From assembly GCA_963663225.1 (NCBI GenBank), contig OY760142.1:736001-800000 (forward strand): a DNA stretch of 64,000 nt, in the 5' to 3' direction. The position numbers and the translations under genes were made by a program. The DNA comes from Nitrospirota bacterium (GTDB lineage Bacteria; Nitrospirota; UBA9217). The stretch's first letter is position 1, and each line of letters begins with the position of its first letter. Of the stretch, positions 34,899-42,816 are shown one piece after another. Under the pieces are notes generated by a model, which was not told the DNA's origin, searched no databases, and saw only the letters and a list, made by a program, of their open reading frames with translations.

Positions 34899-35996
34899 TT
34901 AAAATGATGTAGTCGGTCCTGAAGTTGGCGAGGGAGCTGATTTCACAGCTGGAATTTCTTTTGGGTCTTTCGCAGTCTTTGCATCTTGTGCTTTCTTTGC
35001 TGCTTTTTGTTCTGCGGCTGCCTTTGCATCGGCCGCATCTTTCACAGCTTTTGTGTCCTGTGCTTCTTTCGCTGCTTTTGCCTCGGCTGCAGCCTTCGCT
35101 TCTGCGACCGCTTTGGCATCTGCCGCGTCTTTGGCTGCTTTTGCATCTGCTGCTTCTTTAGCAGCTTTTGCTTCTGCAGCGGCCTTCGCTTCAGCCGCTT
35201 CCTTTGCCTGTTTTTCCAAAGCCGCTTTCTGCATCGCAGCAAGCTTCGCCAGGTCCCCCTGAACGTCTTTCTGACCTGCCAATTCCTGCTTCAGCTCGAT
35301 TGCCCTGTCGAAATCCTTGCGCGCCTTGTCCAGGTTTCCGAGTTCAAGATGCGCCTTGGCACGGTAGCGAAATGCCGAAGAGAGGCGGTCGTTCACGGAA
35401 ATGACGCTGTCGAACTCCTGCACGGCTTTTTCATATTGCCCCAGTTTCAGCATGGCCTTACCCGCGCAGTTGGCTGTCTCCGGAGAAGGCTGAATCTTCT
35501 TTGCCTGTGAGCATGCGTCGAGGGAACCCGCGTAGTCACCCGCATCGTACTTGAACGCGGCCAGCATCATGGTTACGGAAAGAGCGTCCTTCTGAGGGGC
35601 AAGACGGACCGCGGAAGCCATGTCCTCAATGGCTCCGGACAGATTGTTCATCTCCCGTTTGGTGACAGCCCTGCCGGCATACAGGTCGTAGCCTGAGGAA
35701 TCCAGTGCAATTCCCTTGGTAAAATCGCTGATGGACTCGTTGTATTTTTTCATCGCCCGGTATGTGATGCCGCGCAAACGGTAGGCGTCACGGCTCTTCG
35801 GGTCCCTGATCAGGGCGGCGCTAAAAGCCGTTATCGCCTGATCATATTTTTTCTGGTCAAAAAAGTTCTTGCCGCTGTTCATAAGCGGAGCGATGTCCTC
35901 GGCAGCGTTTGCTGTCATCGCTGCCACTGAGCCAAGAGTCATGAGACAGACAAGCAAAACCGAAATATTTTTCAGGAAATGATGCGCGAATGTCAT
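34899..35996 (-). CDS. Secreted TPR-repeat protein with Ala/Lys-rich C-terminal repeat tail
   Basis: AAGGAGG RBS before ATG 35996; signal peptide ending ANA-AE; about six TPR-like units; AAEAKAAKE/AADAKAAKD repeats. Confidence 0.88.
   Translation of the reverse strand: MTFAHHFLKNISVLLVCLMTLGSVAAMTANAAEDIAPLMNSGKNFFDQKKYDQAITAFSAALIRDPKSRDAYRLRGITYRAMKKYNESISDFTKGIALDSSGYDLYAGRAVTKREMNNLSGAIEDMASAVRLAPQKDALSVTMMLAAFKYDAGDYAGSLDACSQAKKIQPSPETANCAGKAMLKLGQYEKAVQEFDSVISVNDRLSSAFRYRAKAHLELGNLDKARKDFDRAIELKQELAGQKDVQGDLAKLAAMQKAALEKQAKEAAEAKAAAEAKAAKEAADAKAAKDAADAKAVAEAKAAAEAKAAKEAQDTKAVKDAADAKAAAEQKAAKKAQDAKTAKDPKEIPAVKSAPSPTSGPTTSF
34985..35225 (-). repeat. Intragenic imperfect 18/27-bp tandem repeats (AEAKAA / AADAKAAKD)
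   Basis: Visible in DNA (gctgcttttgc units) and in the translation. Confidence 0.8.
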
Positions 35997-36301
35997 ACGA
36001 CACCTCCTTTTTGATCGCTGTAAGCTGATAATCAAAAGTGTATCAAAAGCGGCTTTTCTTGTAAATGCATTTAGCATAGCAATATTCACCCGAGTGAATG
36101 CAGTATAAAGCATACAGCGTCTTATGTCAGGTGAATTTTCACCTCAAGAATATCACATATGCATTAAACTTTCCGCTGTCTCAAAGGTCATACTATTCGA
36201 CGATGGTGTTCCGGAAAGGATGTGATGATAAGCACTGAGGAGCGTAAACAATCAGGGCATCATTAAGTTCAGTAAAAGACCAATCGAAAAGGAGAGTGAT
36301 C

Positions 36302-36643
36302 ATGAAATATAATATGAAAATGCTGTTAGGCACAAGCGCGGTCTGCGTTCTTATCGCATCCACGGCGTACGCAGGCCCCGCGGATGATCCGGGCATTCAG
36401 AAGCGGGAGCAACTCCAGGAAAAACGGATTGACCAGGGTGTGAAATCCGGTGAACTGACTCCGCGCGAGGCGGGAAAGCTCGAAGCGCAGCAGGCAAAAA
36501 TTAAGCAGGACGAAGCGCGCATGAAGTCGGACGGAAAACTTACAAAAAAAGAACGCAGGAAATTGGCGAAAGAACAGAACAGGGCAAGCAAAAATATCGA
36601 AAAAAAGAAGCACAATGAGCAGAAAACCACTGTATCGCAGTAA
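36302..36643 (+). CDS. Small secreted charged helical hypothetical protein
   Basis: AGGAG RBS; signal peptide ending AYA; two internal G(E/K)LTxxExxKLxxxQ repeats. Confidence 0.85.
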   Translation: MKYNMKMLLGTSAVCVLIASTAYAGPADDPGIQKREQLQEKRIDQGVKSGELTPREAGKLEAQQAKIKQDEARMKSDGKLTKKERRKLAKEQNRASKNIEKKKHNEQKTTVSQ

Positions 36644-36691
36644 CCCCCTTTCATAATACCGGGGAAGCTGCGGCAGGTAATCCATAAGCAA

Positions 36692-36723
36692 CGAGGGGAA
36701 GCGTATTGAAACGCTTCCCCTCG
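36692..36723. terminator. Hairpin between convergent genes, probable terminator
   Basis: CGAGGGGAAGCGT-N6-ACGCTTCCCCTCG, 13-bp stem, weak U-tract. Confidence 0.6.
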
Positions 36724-36767
36724 CATCATTTTACCGGTATAAGACAAGATACGGACAATGAATGTCC

Positions 36768-38294
36768 CTACTTCTTTATTTCCCCCTCTCCAAACGCCGC
36801 GTCCACCATCTCCTTCGGCAGCGGCTTGGTCATCAGGCTGACGATAGGAACAACAAACATTGGAAGGAACATGGTAATGGCCCCGGCCACCGGAATGCCG
36901 TCCTTGCCCCAGAGTATAAACAACACAAAAGCAGACAAGAGTCCGGTGATGATCCCGGCAAAAGCGCCCGCCCTGGTGGTTCTCTTCCAGAAAAGCCCAT
37001 AGATATAGGGAGCAAGAAACACGCCGGCAAGAGCGCCCCAGGACATCACCATGAGGTTCACGATGACGTCCACCTTATTCATGGCGAGAATAAGAGAAAG
37101 CGCCACAAACAGGCCGCACAGGACCCGCATCAGGAGCATGGTCTGCTTTTGATTGACGTGACGGTTGACAAACGCGCCGTAGATATCGATGGCAATCGCG
37201 GAACTTGACACCAGCACCAGCGACGACAGGCTGGACATGGACGCGGAAAATACCAGCAGCAGAATCAGCAGAACAAAACCGTATGAAAACTGCGTCGTCA
37301 GAAAATGCGGCATCAGTTGATCGAGGTTCGGCTTGCCCTGCACCATGATTTCCTGCGGCAGGCCGCCAGCATAGTACAGGTGCGTGAGCGCGCCGCTGTA
37401 ATACGCGCCGAAGGTCATAAAGAAGGCGAAAATACCGGCAATGGTCATAGCGCGGAACACGTCCGCTTTGCTCCGGATGGAATAAAATTTCTGCACCATC
37501 TGCGGCAGGGCCATGGGACCGAAGCTGGTAATCAGCACGAGTGAAAAAAGGATGATCGCTCCCGGCACCAGTATCTGGAACCCTACAGGCCCAAGCGGGA
37601 CCGCCTTGGCCAGCCCCGGTGCCATGGCCGTCGTGTTCGACAGGAGGTCTGTTGCGGTCGATAGAAAACCGCCTTTCCACTGTGCCAGCAAGTACACCAT
37701 GGCCATGACACCGACGAACTCCACCAAACCCCGGATAAAGTCACTGATGGCCACCGCAAGGTACCCCCCCATGACCAGGTACACGCCGGTCAGCACGGCC
37801 AGAAAAATCAACGCTTCATTATATTGAAGGCCGAGGGCCTTTTCAAAGAGATAGCTCAGTCCCATATAAACGGAAGCCGAATAGGGAACCAGAAAAATAA
37901 AAACCGCCAGGGCGGCAACCACCTGCAACGATTTGCTGCCGTAGCGCGCGCGCAAAAATTCCGGCATGGTAAGGGCATGCAGCCGGACGGTCATCTCACG
38001 CGTGCGTCCGGCAAGCAGTTTCCAGGCAAGGAATGTGCCGATCAGGGTATTGCCGAGCACGATCCAGAGGGTATGGATGCCGAATCCCCAGCCGAGCTTC
38101 CCGGCGTATCCGATAAAAATGACCGCGGAAAAATAGGTGGTGCCGTAGGCAAAAGCGCTCATCCAGGGGCCGAGCGTGCGCCCACCCAGAAAAAAGTCAC
38201 CCACGTCCTTTGTCCTGCGCATGGACCAATAGCCGACCCCAAGCATGATAAGGACATAGACCACGACTACGGCAATATTCAATATTTGTTTCAT
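36768..38294 (-). CDS. Sodium:solute symporter (SSS/PutP family)
   Basis: DFFLGGR, SAVIFIGYAG, TMPEFLRARY, SASMSSLSS; many TM segments. Confidence 0.93.
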   Translation of the reverse strand: MKQILNIAVVVVYVLIMLGVGYWSMRRTKDVGDFFLGGRTLGPWMSAFAYGTTYFSAVIFIGYAGKLGWGFGIHTLWIVLGNTLIGTFLAWKLLAGRTREMTVRLHALTMPEFLRARYGSKSLQVVAALAVFIFLVPYSASVYMGLSYLFEKALGLQYNEALIFLAVLTGVYLVMGGYLAVAISDFIRGLVEFVGVMAMVYLLAQWKGGFLSTATDLLSNTTAMAPGLAKAVPLGPVGFQILVPGAIILFSLVLITSFGPMALPQMVQKFYSIRSKADVFRAMTIAGIFAFFMTFGAYYSGALTHLYYAGGLPQEIMVQGKPNLDQLMPHFLTTQFSYGFVLLILLLVFSASMSSLSSLVLVSSSAIAIDIYGAFVNRHVNQKQTMLLMRVLCGLFVALSLILAMNKVDVIVNLMVMSWGALAGVFLAPYIYGLFWKRTTRAGAFAGIITGLLSAFVLFILWGKDGIPVAGAITMFLPMFVVPIVSLMTKPLPKEMVDAAFGEGEIKK

Positions 38295-38484
38295 AGGAGA
38301 TCACTCACCTCGCAAAGCAATCAACAACAGTGCACAGGCCGCAGAGTTCCTTTCCCGGTGGTTTTGTACGATAGAAAGCAAAGCGGTTAGCAAAATACCA
38401 TACAACTCCTGAATCGTCAATCACCGTTTTTGAAAGAACGGAGCCGTTCCGGCATCATGCTGCCGGGGTGCCGCTCGAAAGCGG

Positions 38485-38513
38485 TTGCGTACGCCGGACG
38501 AGTGTGATAAAAT
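38485..38513 (+). promoter_or_regulatory. Putative promoter of paaK-like operon, divergent from the symporter promoter at 38392-38420
   Basis: TTGCGT-N17-TAAAAT with extended TG; minus strand TTGACG-N17-TATTTT nearby. Confidence 0.5.
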
Positions 38514-38642
38514 CAACAGGCTTTCAGAAAATTTTTTTGCCGCGCAACCGCTTGTCCTGTTGCATGGCGGAAAGAACAAACCAGTTAGGGATGTTTCCCG
38601 CACGAAATACCCCCGACAACTCCCGATGATTAAGGCGGCAAA

Positions 38643-39965
38643 ATGAGTGCTCACGAATCCGGCAGTGCTTCCGCTTTTTGGAAAGAAGCAGAGGAGGCAG
38701 TAAATCCAAAAACACTTGCGTCCCTTCAGCTCGAACGCCTTGCGGCAACCCTTCAGCATGTGTACAAAAATGTTTCCTTTTATCGAACGCGCTGCGACGA
38801 CGCCGGTTTGAATCCGCTAAAAATGACCAGCCTCGAAGACTTGAGAAAACTCCCCTTTACCACCAGCAATGATCTCCGCCAGAATTATCCCTATGGTCTC
38901 CTCGCAATACCAAAAGAAGATGTTATCCGCGTGCATACTTCCAGCGGCACGACCGGAACGCCGAAGGCGATCTTTTTCTCGAAACCGGATATTGAACGGG
39001 CCGCCGACCTCATCGCCCGCTGCCTTGTCATGACCGGAACCGGTGCCGGCGACGTTCTTCAGAATATGATGACCTACGGACTGTTCACCGGTGCGCTGAT
39101 GATGCATTACGGAGCGGAGAAGGTCAACACGCTCGTTGTTCCCGCGGGCCCCGGCAACACCGAACGCCAGATCTCGCTTATGCGCGATTTCGGCACGACG
39201 GTCCTGCATATCACGCCCAGCTATGCACTCTACCTGGCAAGCGCGCTTCAGGAACGGGGCATCAATCCCGGCAGGGACCTAAAACTCCGCCGGGCATATC
39301 TGGGGGCGGAACCCTATTCCGAAGAAACAAGAAAAAAAGTGGAAAGCATATACGGCATCGACATTTACAACTGCTACGGTCTGACAGAGATGAACGGCCC
39401 GGGCGTCGCCTTCGAATGCCGCTTCAAAAACGGCATGCATCTCTGGGAAGACCATTTTTTGATGGAGATTATCAATCCGGAAACCGGCGAAGTGCTTCCT
39501 GAAGGCCAGGAAGGCGAACTTGTGATCACCTCCCTGACCAGGGAGGCCATGCCGCTCATCAGGTACCGGACACGGGACATCACCCGGATTATTCCCGGCG
39601 CTTGTCCGTGCGGCAGAACGCACAGAAGAATTTCCCGCATTCTGGGCCGCTCTGACGATATGTTTGTCGTACGCGGAGTGAATATATTCCCGCAGCAGAT
39701 CGAGCGGGTGCTAATGGGCATTAAAGGAGTCGCGCAGAACTACCAGATCGTCCTCGACTCATTCGACCAGCTTACCGTGAATGTTGAAATAGCCATGGGG
39801 CTTTTTGACGGAAACATCGAACAGTTGCTGAATCTGCAGACGGAAATCGCCGATAAGGTCAGGGCTGAAATACTGGTGAAGCCCAAAGTGGAACTCCACG
39901 AACCCGGTACGCTTCCGGTAAGCGAAGGCAAGGCGAAGCGGGTCATCGACAACAGGACCATCTGA
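38643..39965 (+). CDS. paaK: Phenylacetate--CoA ligase family protein
   Basis: HTSSGTTGTP, YGLTEMNGPG, RYRTRD, GRSDDM, GKAKRVID. Confidence 0.9.
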   Translation: MSAHESGSASAFWKEAEEAVNPKTLASLQLERLAATLQHVYKNVSFYRTRCDDAGLNPLKMTSLEDLRKLPFTTSNDLRQNYPYGLLAIPKEDVIRVHTSSGTTGTPKAIFFSKPDIERAADLIARCLVMTGTGAGDVLQNMMTYGLFTGALMMHYGAEKVNTLVVPAGPGNTERQISLMRDFGTTVLHITPSYALYLASALQERGINPGRDLKLRRAYLGAEPYSEETRKKVESIYGIDIYNCYGLTEMNGPGVAFECRFKNGMHLWEDHFLMEIINPETGEVLPEGQEGELVITSLTREAMPLIRYRTRDITRIIPGACPCGRTHRRISRILGRSDDMFVVRGVNIFPQQIERVLMGIKGVAQNYQIVLDSFDQLTVNVEIAMGLFDGNIEQLLNLQTEIADKVRAEILVKPKVELHEPGTLPVSEGKAKRVIDNRTI

Positions 39966-39996
39966 TAAAAACTAACCATATTAATAAGGAGCTGCT

Positions 39997-40431
39997 ATGG
40001 ACAAGGTGATGCAAGTTTCGGTCTTTTCGGAAAACAAACCAGGCAGAATTGAAAAAATTACGAAAATTTTTGCCCAGGAAGGCATCAATATTCTTGCCAT
40101 CTCGATCACCAGCACAAACGGCTTCGGCATTATCAAGCTCCTGGTCAACAACCCGGAGCTTGCCTATGAAAAATTGAAGGGGAATGGTTTTACCGTCACC
40201 ATGAGCGAAGTGCTTGCCATCGAAATGAAAGACAGCCCGGGGGGCCTGCACGAGGTGTCCCATATCCTGTCGGAACGGGGAGTCAATATCGAAAACGCGT
40301 ATGTGTACGTGGCTGAGTCGCGGGCACGCGCTTTTCTTCTCGTCGAGGTGAAGGATATTGAAAAAGCGAAAGAGCTTCTGGCCAAGACAGACCTGAAATT
40401 CTTTAAATGTGAAGAATTCAAACGCAATTGA
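39997..40431 (+). CDS. Tandem ACT-domain protein
   Basis: QVSVFSENKPG ... DSPGGL ... NIENAY; usual partner of paaK-like genes. Confidence 0.9.
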   Translation: MDKVMQVSVFSENKPGRIEKITKIFAQEGINILAISITSTNGFGIIKLLVNNPELAYEKLKGNGFTVTMSEVLAIEMKDSPGGLHEVSHILSERGVNIENAYVYVAESRARAFLLVEVKDIEKAKELLAKTDLKFFKCEEFKRN

Positions 40432-40493
40432 CGTTCGAGACAATGCAGTGATTTGATTTGGAACGTTGCTGAGCTGGAGGAAGGAACCACTGA

Positions 40494-41918
40494 ATGTTGC
40501 GAGTTATTATTATCGGCGGCGGAATAGCCGGTTTGGCTGCTGCCGCTCACTTCAAAGCCGGAGCCAAGGCGCACGGAAAGAACGTAGAGGTACTGCTGCT
40601 TGAAAAAACCAACCGCATCGGCGGCAAAATTGTAACGGAGAAGCACGATCCATTCCTCATAGAAGGCGGACCGGACAGCTTCCTGCCGGAAAAAGTCTGG
40701 ACGGTAAACCTGGCAAAGCGTCTTGGTCTCGGCCCCGCCCTGCTTCCTACCAATGACCAGTTCAAGGGTACCTATATTTATTCACAGAAGCAGCTCCATC
40801 CTCTGCCGGAGGGCGTCATGCTCATGGTGCCGACCGCAATCAAACCCATGGCGAAATCCCGCCTTCTCACCTGGTCCGGCAAAATCCGCATGGGCATGGA
40901 TGTCTTTCTGCCGAAGCACAAAACGACGGAAGATGAAAGCCTTGCTTCTTTCGTTACCCGCAGGCTCGGGAAAGAATGCCTCGAAAAAATCGCCGAACCG
41001 CTTATTGCAGGCATCCACACGTCCAATCCGGACAACATGAGCGTTCTCGCCACATTTCCCCGCTTCGTCCAGATGGAGCAGAAAAGCAGAAGCCTCATCC
41101 TCGGCATGATTGCCGCCATGAAAAATCGTCCTCTTGCTTCACTGAACAGGCCCCTGCCAAAGCCCGGTGACACCCGGATGACGTACTTTATGAGCTTTAA
41201 AGACGGCATGCAGACCCTTCCGCAGGCATGCTTGGATTTTGTCGGAAACGATACGATACGGCTCGGCGCCGCCGTTTCTTCCCTGTCTCCAAAAGAAAAA
41301 GGATACGCGGTAACGCTGGAAAGCGGTGAAACGCTTGAGGCGGATCATGTCGTGATCGGTACAGCCGCATTCGATGCTGCCGAAATAGTAAAGGACATTG
41401 AAGGGGACCTTGCTGAACAGCTGCGAAAAATCGAATGGTCGTCTTCAGCGACAATCTCGGTAGCGTTCCGCAAAGAGGATGTAAGAACGCCGCTGAACGG
41501 ATTCGGGTTCATCGTTCCGCGCATTGAAGGAAGAAGAATCAACGCGGCGACCTACAGTTCCATCAAATGGTCTTACCGGGCGCCTGAGGAGCATGTTCTT
41601 ATCCGCGGCTTTGTCGGCGGAGGACATCATGAAGAGCTGGTTCAGGAGCTTGATGACGCGGACATGGTCAGGCTGGTTCTCGACGAACTGGATGCGGTCC
41701 TGGGCCTGAAGGCCGATGCGCAGCTGTCCCGGGTCTACCGGTGGTTTAAAGGAATGCCGAAGTATACGGTGGGACATCTTGACCGCGTTGCCGTGCTCGA
41801 CCGGATGCTTACCCATCATCCCGGCCTCCACCTTATCGGATGCTCGTACAAAGGAATTGGGATCGGTGATTGCATCCGCCAGGCAAAAATCACAGCGGAA
41901 AGAATTTTAAAACTCTAG
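40494..41918 (+). CDS. hemY: HemY-type FAD-dependent proto/coproporphyrinogen oxidase
   Basis: GGGIAGL, EGGPDSFL, GFGFIVP, MPKYTVGH, GIGIGDCI. Confidence 0.95.
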   Translation: MLRVIIIGGGIAGLAAAAHFKAGAKAHGKNVEVLLLEKTNRIGGKIVTEKHDPFLIEGGPDSFLPEKVWTVNLAKRLGLGPALLPTNDQFKGTYIYSQKQLHPLPEGVMLMVPTAIKPMAKSRLLTWSGKIRMGMDVFLPKHKTTEDESLASFVTRRLGKECLEKIAEPLIAGIHTSNPDNMSVLATFPRFVQMEQKSRSLILGMIAAMKNRPLASLNRPLPKPGDTRMTYFMSFKDGMQTLPQACLDFVGNDTIRLGAAVSSLSPKEKGYAVTLESGETLEADHVVIGTAAFDAAEIVKDIEGDLAEQLRKIEWSSSATISVAFRKEDVRTPLNGFGFIVPRIEGRRINAATYSSIKWSYRAPEEHVLIRGFVGGGHHEELVQELDDADMVRLVLDELDAVLGLKADAQLSRVYRWFKGMPKYTVGHLDRVAVLDRMLTHHPGLHLIGCSYKGIGIGDCIRQAKITAERILKL

Positions 41919-41932
41919 CAGAGACCGCGACC

Positions 41933-42103
41933 CTACCAGCAGAAAACCTTGTCCGCGGCAAACACCTTTGCGACAAGTTCATCGTAGGACACCGGCTTTT
42001 GGCAGAGCTCGATGATCGTCACGTCATTGCCGGTTCTCATGAGTTCTATGATTTTCTTTGTGCTGGCATCTGCTTCTTCTTTTATGATATGCAGTATTTT
42101 CAC
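41933..42103 (-). CDS. Miniature DsrH/TusB-like protein (56 aa; not in ORF track)
   Basis: Manual translation from GTG: MKILHIIKEEADASTKKIIELMRTGNDVTIIELCQKPVSYDELVAKVFAADKVFCW*; C-terminus resembles DsrH/TusB. Confidence 0.75.
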   Translation of the reverse strand: MKILHIIKEEADASTKKIIELMRTGNDVTIIELCQKPVSYDELVAKVFAADKVFCW

Positions 42104-42117
42104 GCCGAATCTCTTTC

Positions 42118-42396
42118 TTAATAGGGAACAACCATATCGTACTGCGGCAATGCCTTCGCCATCTGCTCCAGAGTCACTGCCGTATAGTTATTGGCCGGAT
42201 TGTTTGAGTATATCTTCAATTCAAGCTCGGCTATCATCTCCAGCGGACTTGCGACGGCGGGATTGTCCTTGTCGAGCACGCGTTCAAGGATATAAATGTC
42301 GACCAGGTCGCCCGCAAGCATAAGCCCGCAGGCCACCCGAAGGGCCTCGTCCTGGCGGTCGCGCACAATGACTGCAAACTTTTTCGTATCGTTCAT
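42118..42396 (-). CDS. DsrF/DsrE-fold protein
   Basis: EALRVACGL...VDIYIL...LEQMAKALPQYDMVVPY; between DsrE- and DsrH-like genes. Confidence 0.7.
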   Translation of the reverse strand: MNDTKKFAVIVRDRQDEALRVACGLMLAGDLVDIYILERVLDKDNPAVASPLEMIAELELKIYSNNPANNYTAVTLEQMAKALPQYDMVVPY

Positions 42397-42447
42397 TCTT
42401 CCTGTCCTTTTTTCATTTCGCCGGCGTCGGGAGCCGCTTTCCGTAAT

Positions 42448-42753
42448 TTAGAACACCAAAACCCGGGTGCTTTTGTGCATCATCAAAGCATTGTCAAATT
42501 GACTGCCGTAAAAAATTCCTTTCGCCTTTTCCTGAATGCCCTTTTGTTTGCGATTATGATCGCAGCAGGAAATTCTTACTTCAGGGAGCGCCAGCAGGTC
42601 AAGCATCTGCGGGTCCTGCGTAAACCGCACTGCTTCATCGGTAAGGAAAATCTGCACGGCATGACCAGCCGTTTGCGCGGCCTTCACAACACCGGTAATG
42701 TGATCGATATTTTTGTGCTTTGTAACCATGATGCCCAGCAACTTTTTTTCCAT
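42448..42753 (-). CDS. DsrE/TusD-like sulfur carrier protein
   Basis: GHAVQIFLTDEAV, Cys in ISCCDHN, GSQ motif. Confidence 0.8.
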   Translation of the reverse strand: MEKKLLGIMVTKHKNIDHITGVVKAAQTAGHAVQIFLTDEAVRFTQDPQMLDLLALPEVRISCCDHNRKQKGIQEKAKGIFYGSQFDNALMMHKSTRVLVF

Positions 42754-42816
42754 AGGTCTCGTTTCCGCGTCCGCTCACGCTGCTACAGCCGGTTGTATTC
42801 AATCTGCATGCACTGC

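Noticed and set aside
34718-34942. Stop-free minus-strand frame (...YNYINDKIASVLNNAATDLRSAAK...) after the TPR gene
   Set aside because: No plausible start or RBS and no recognisable family; may be a remnant but cannot be supported
34985-35225. Periodic DNA repeats considered as a CRISPR array
   Set aside because: In-frame coding repeats without unique spacers; no cas genes
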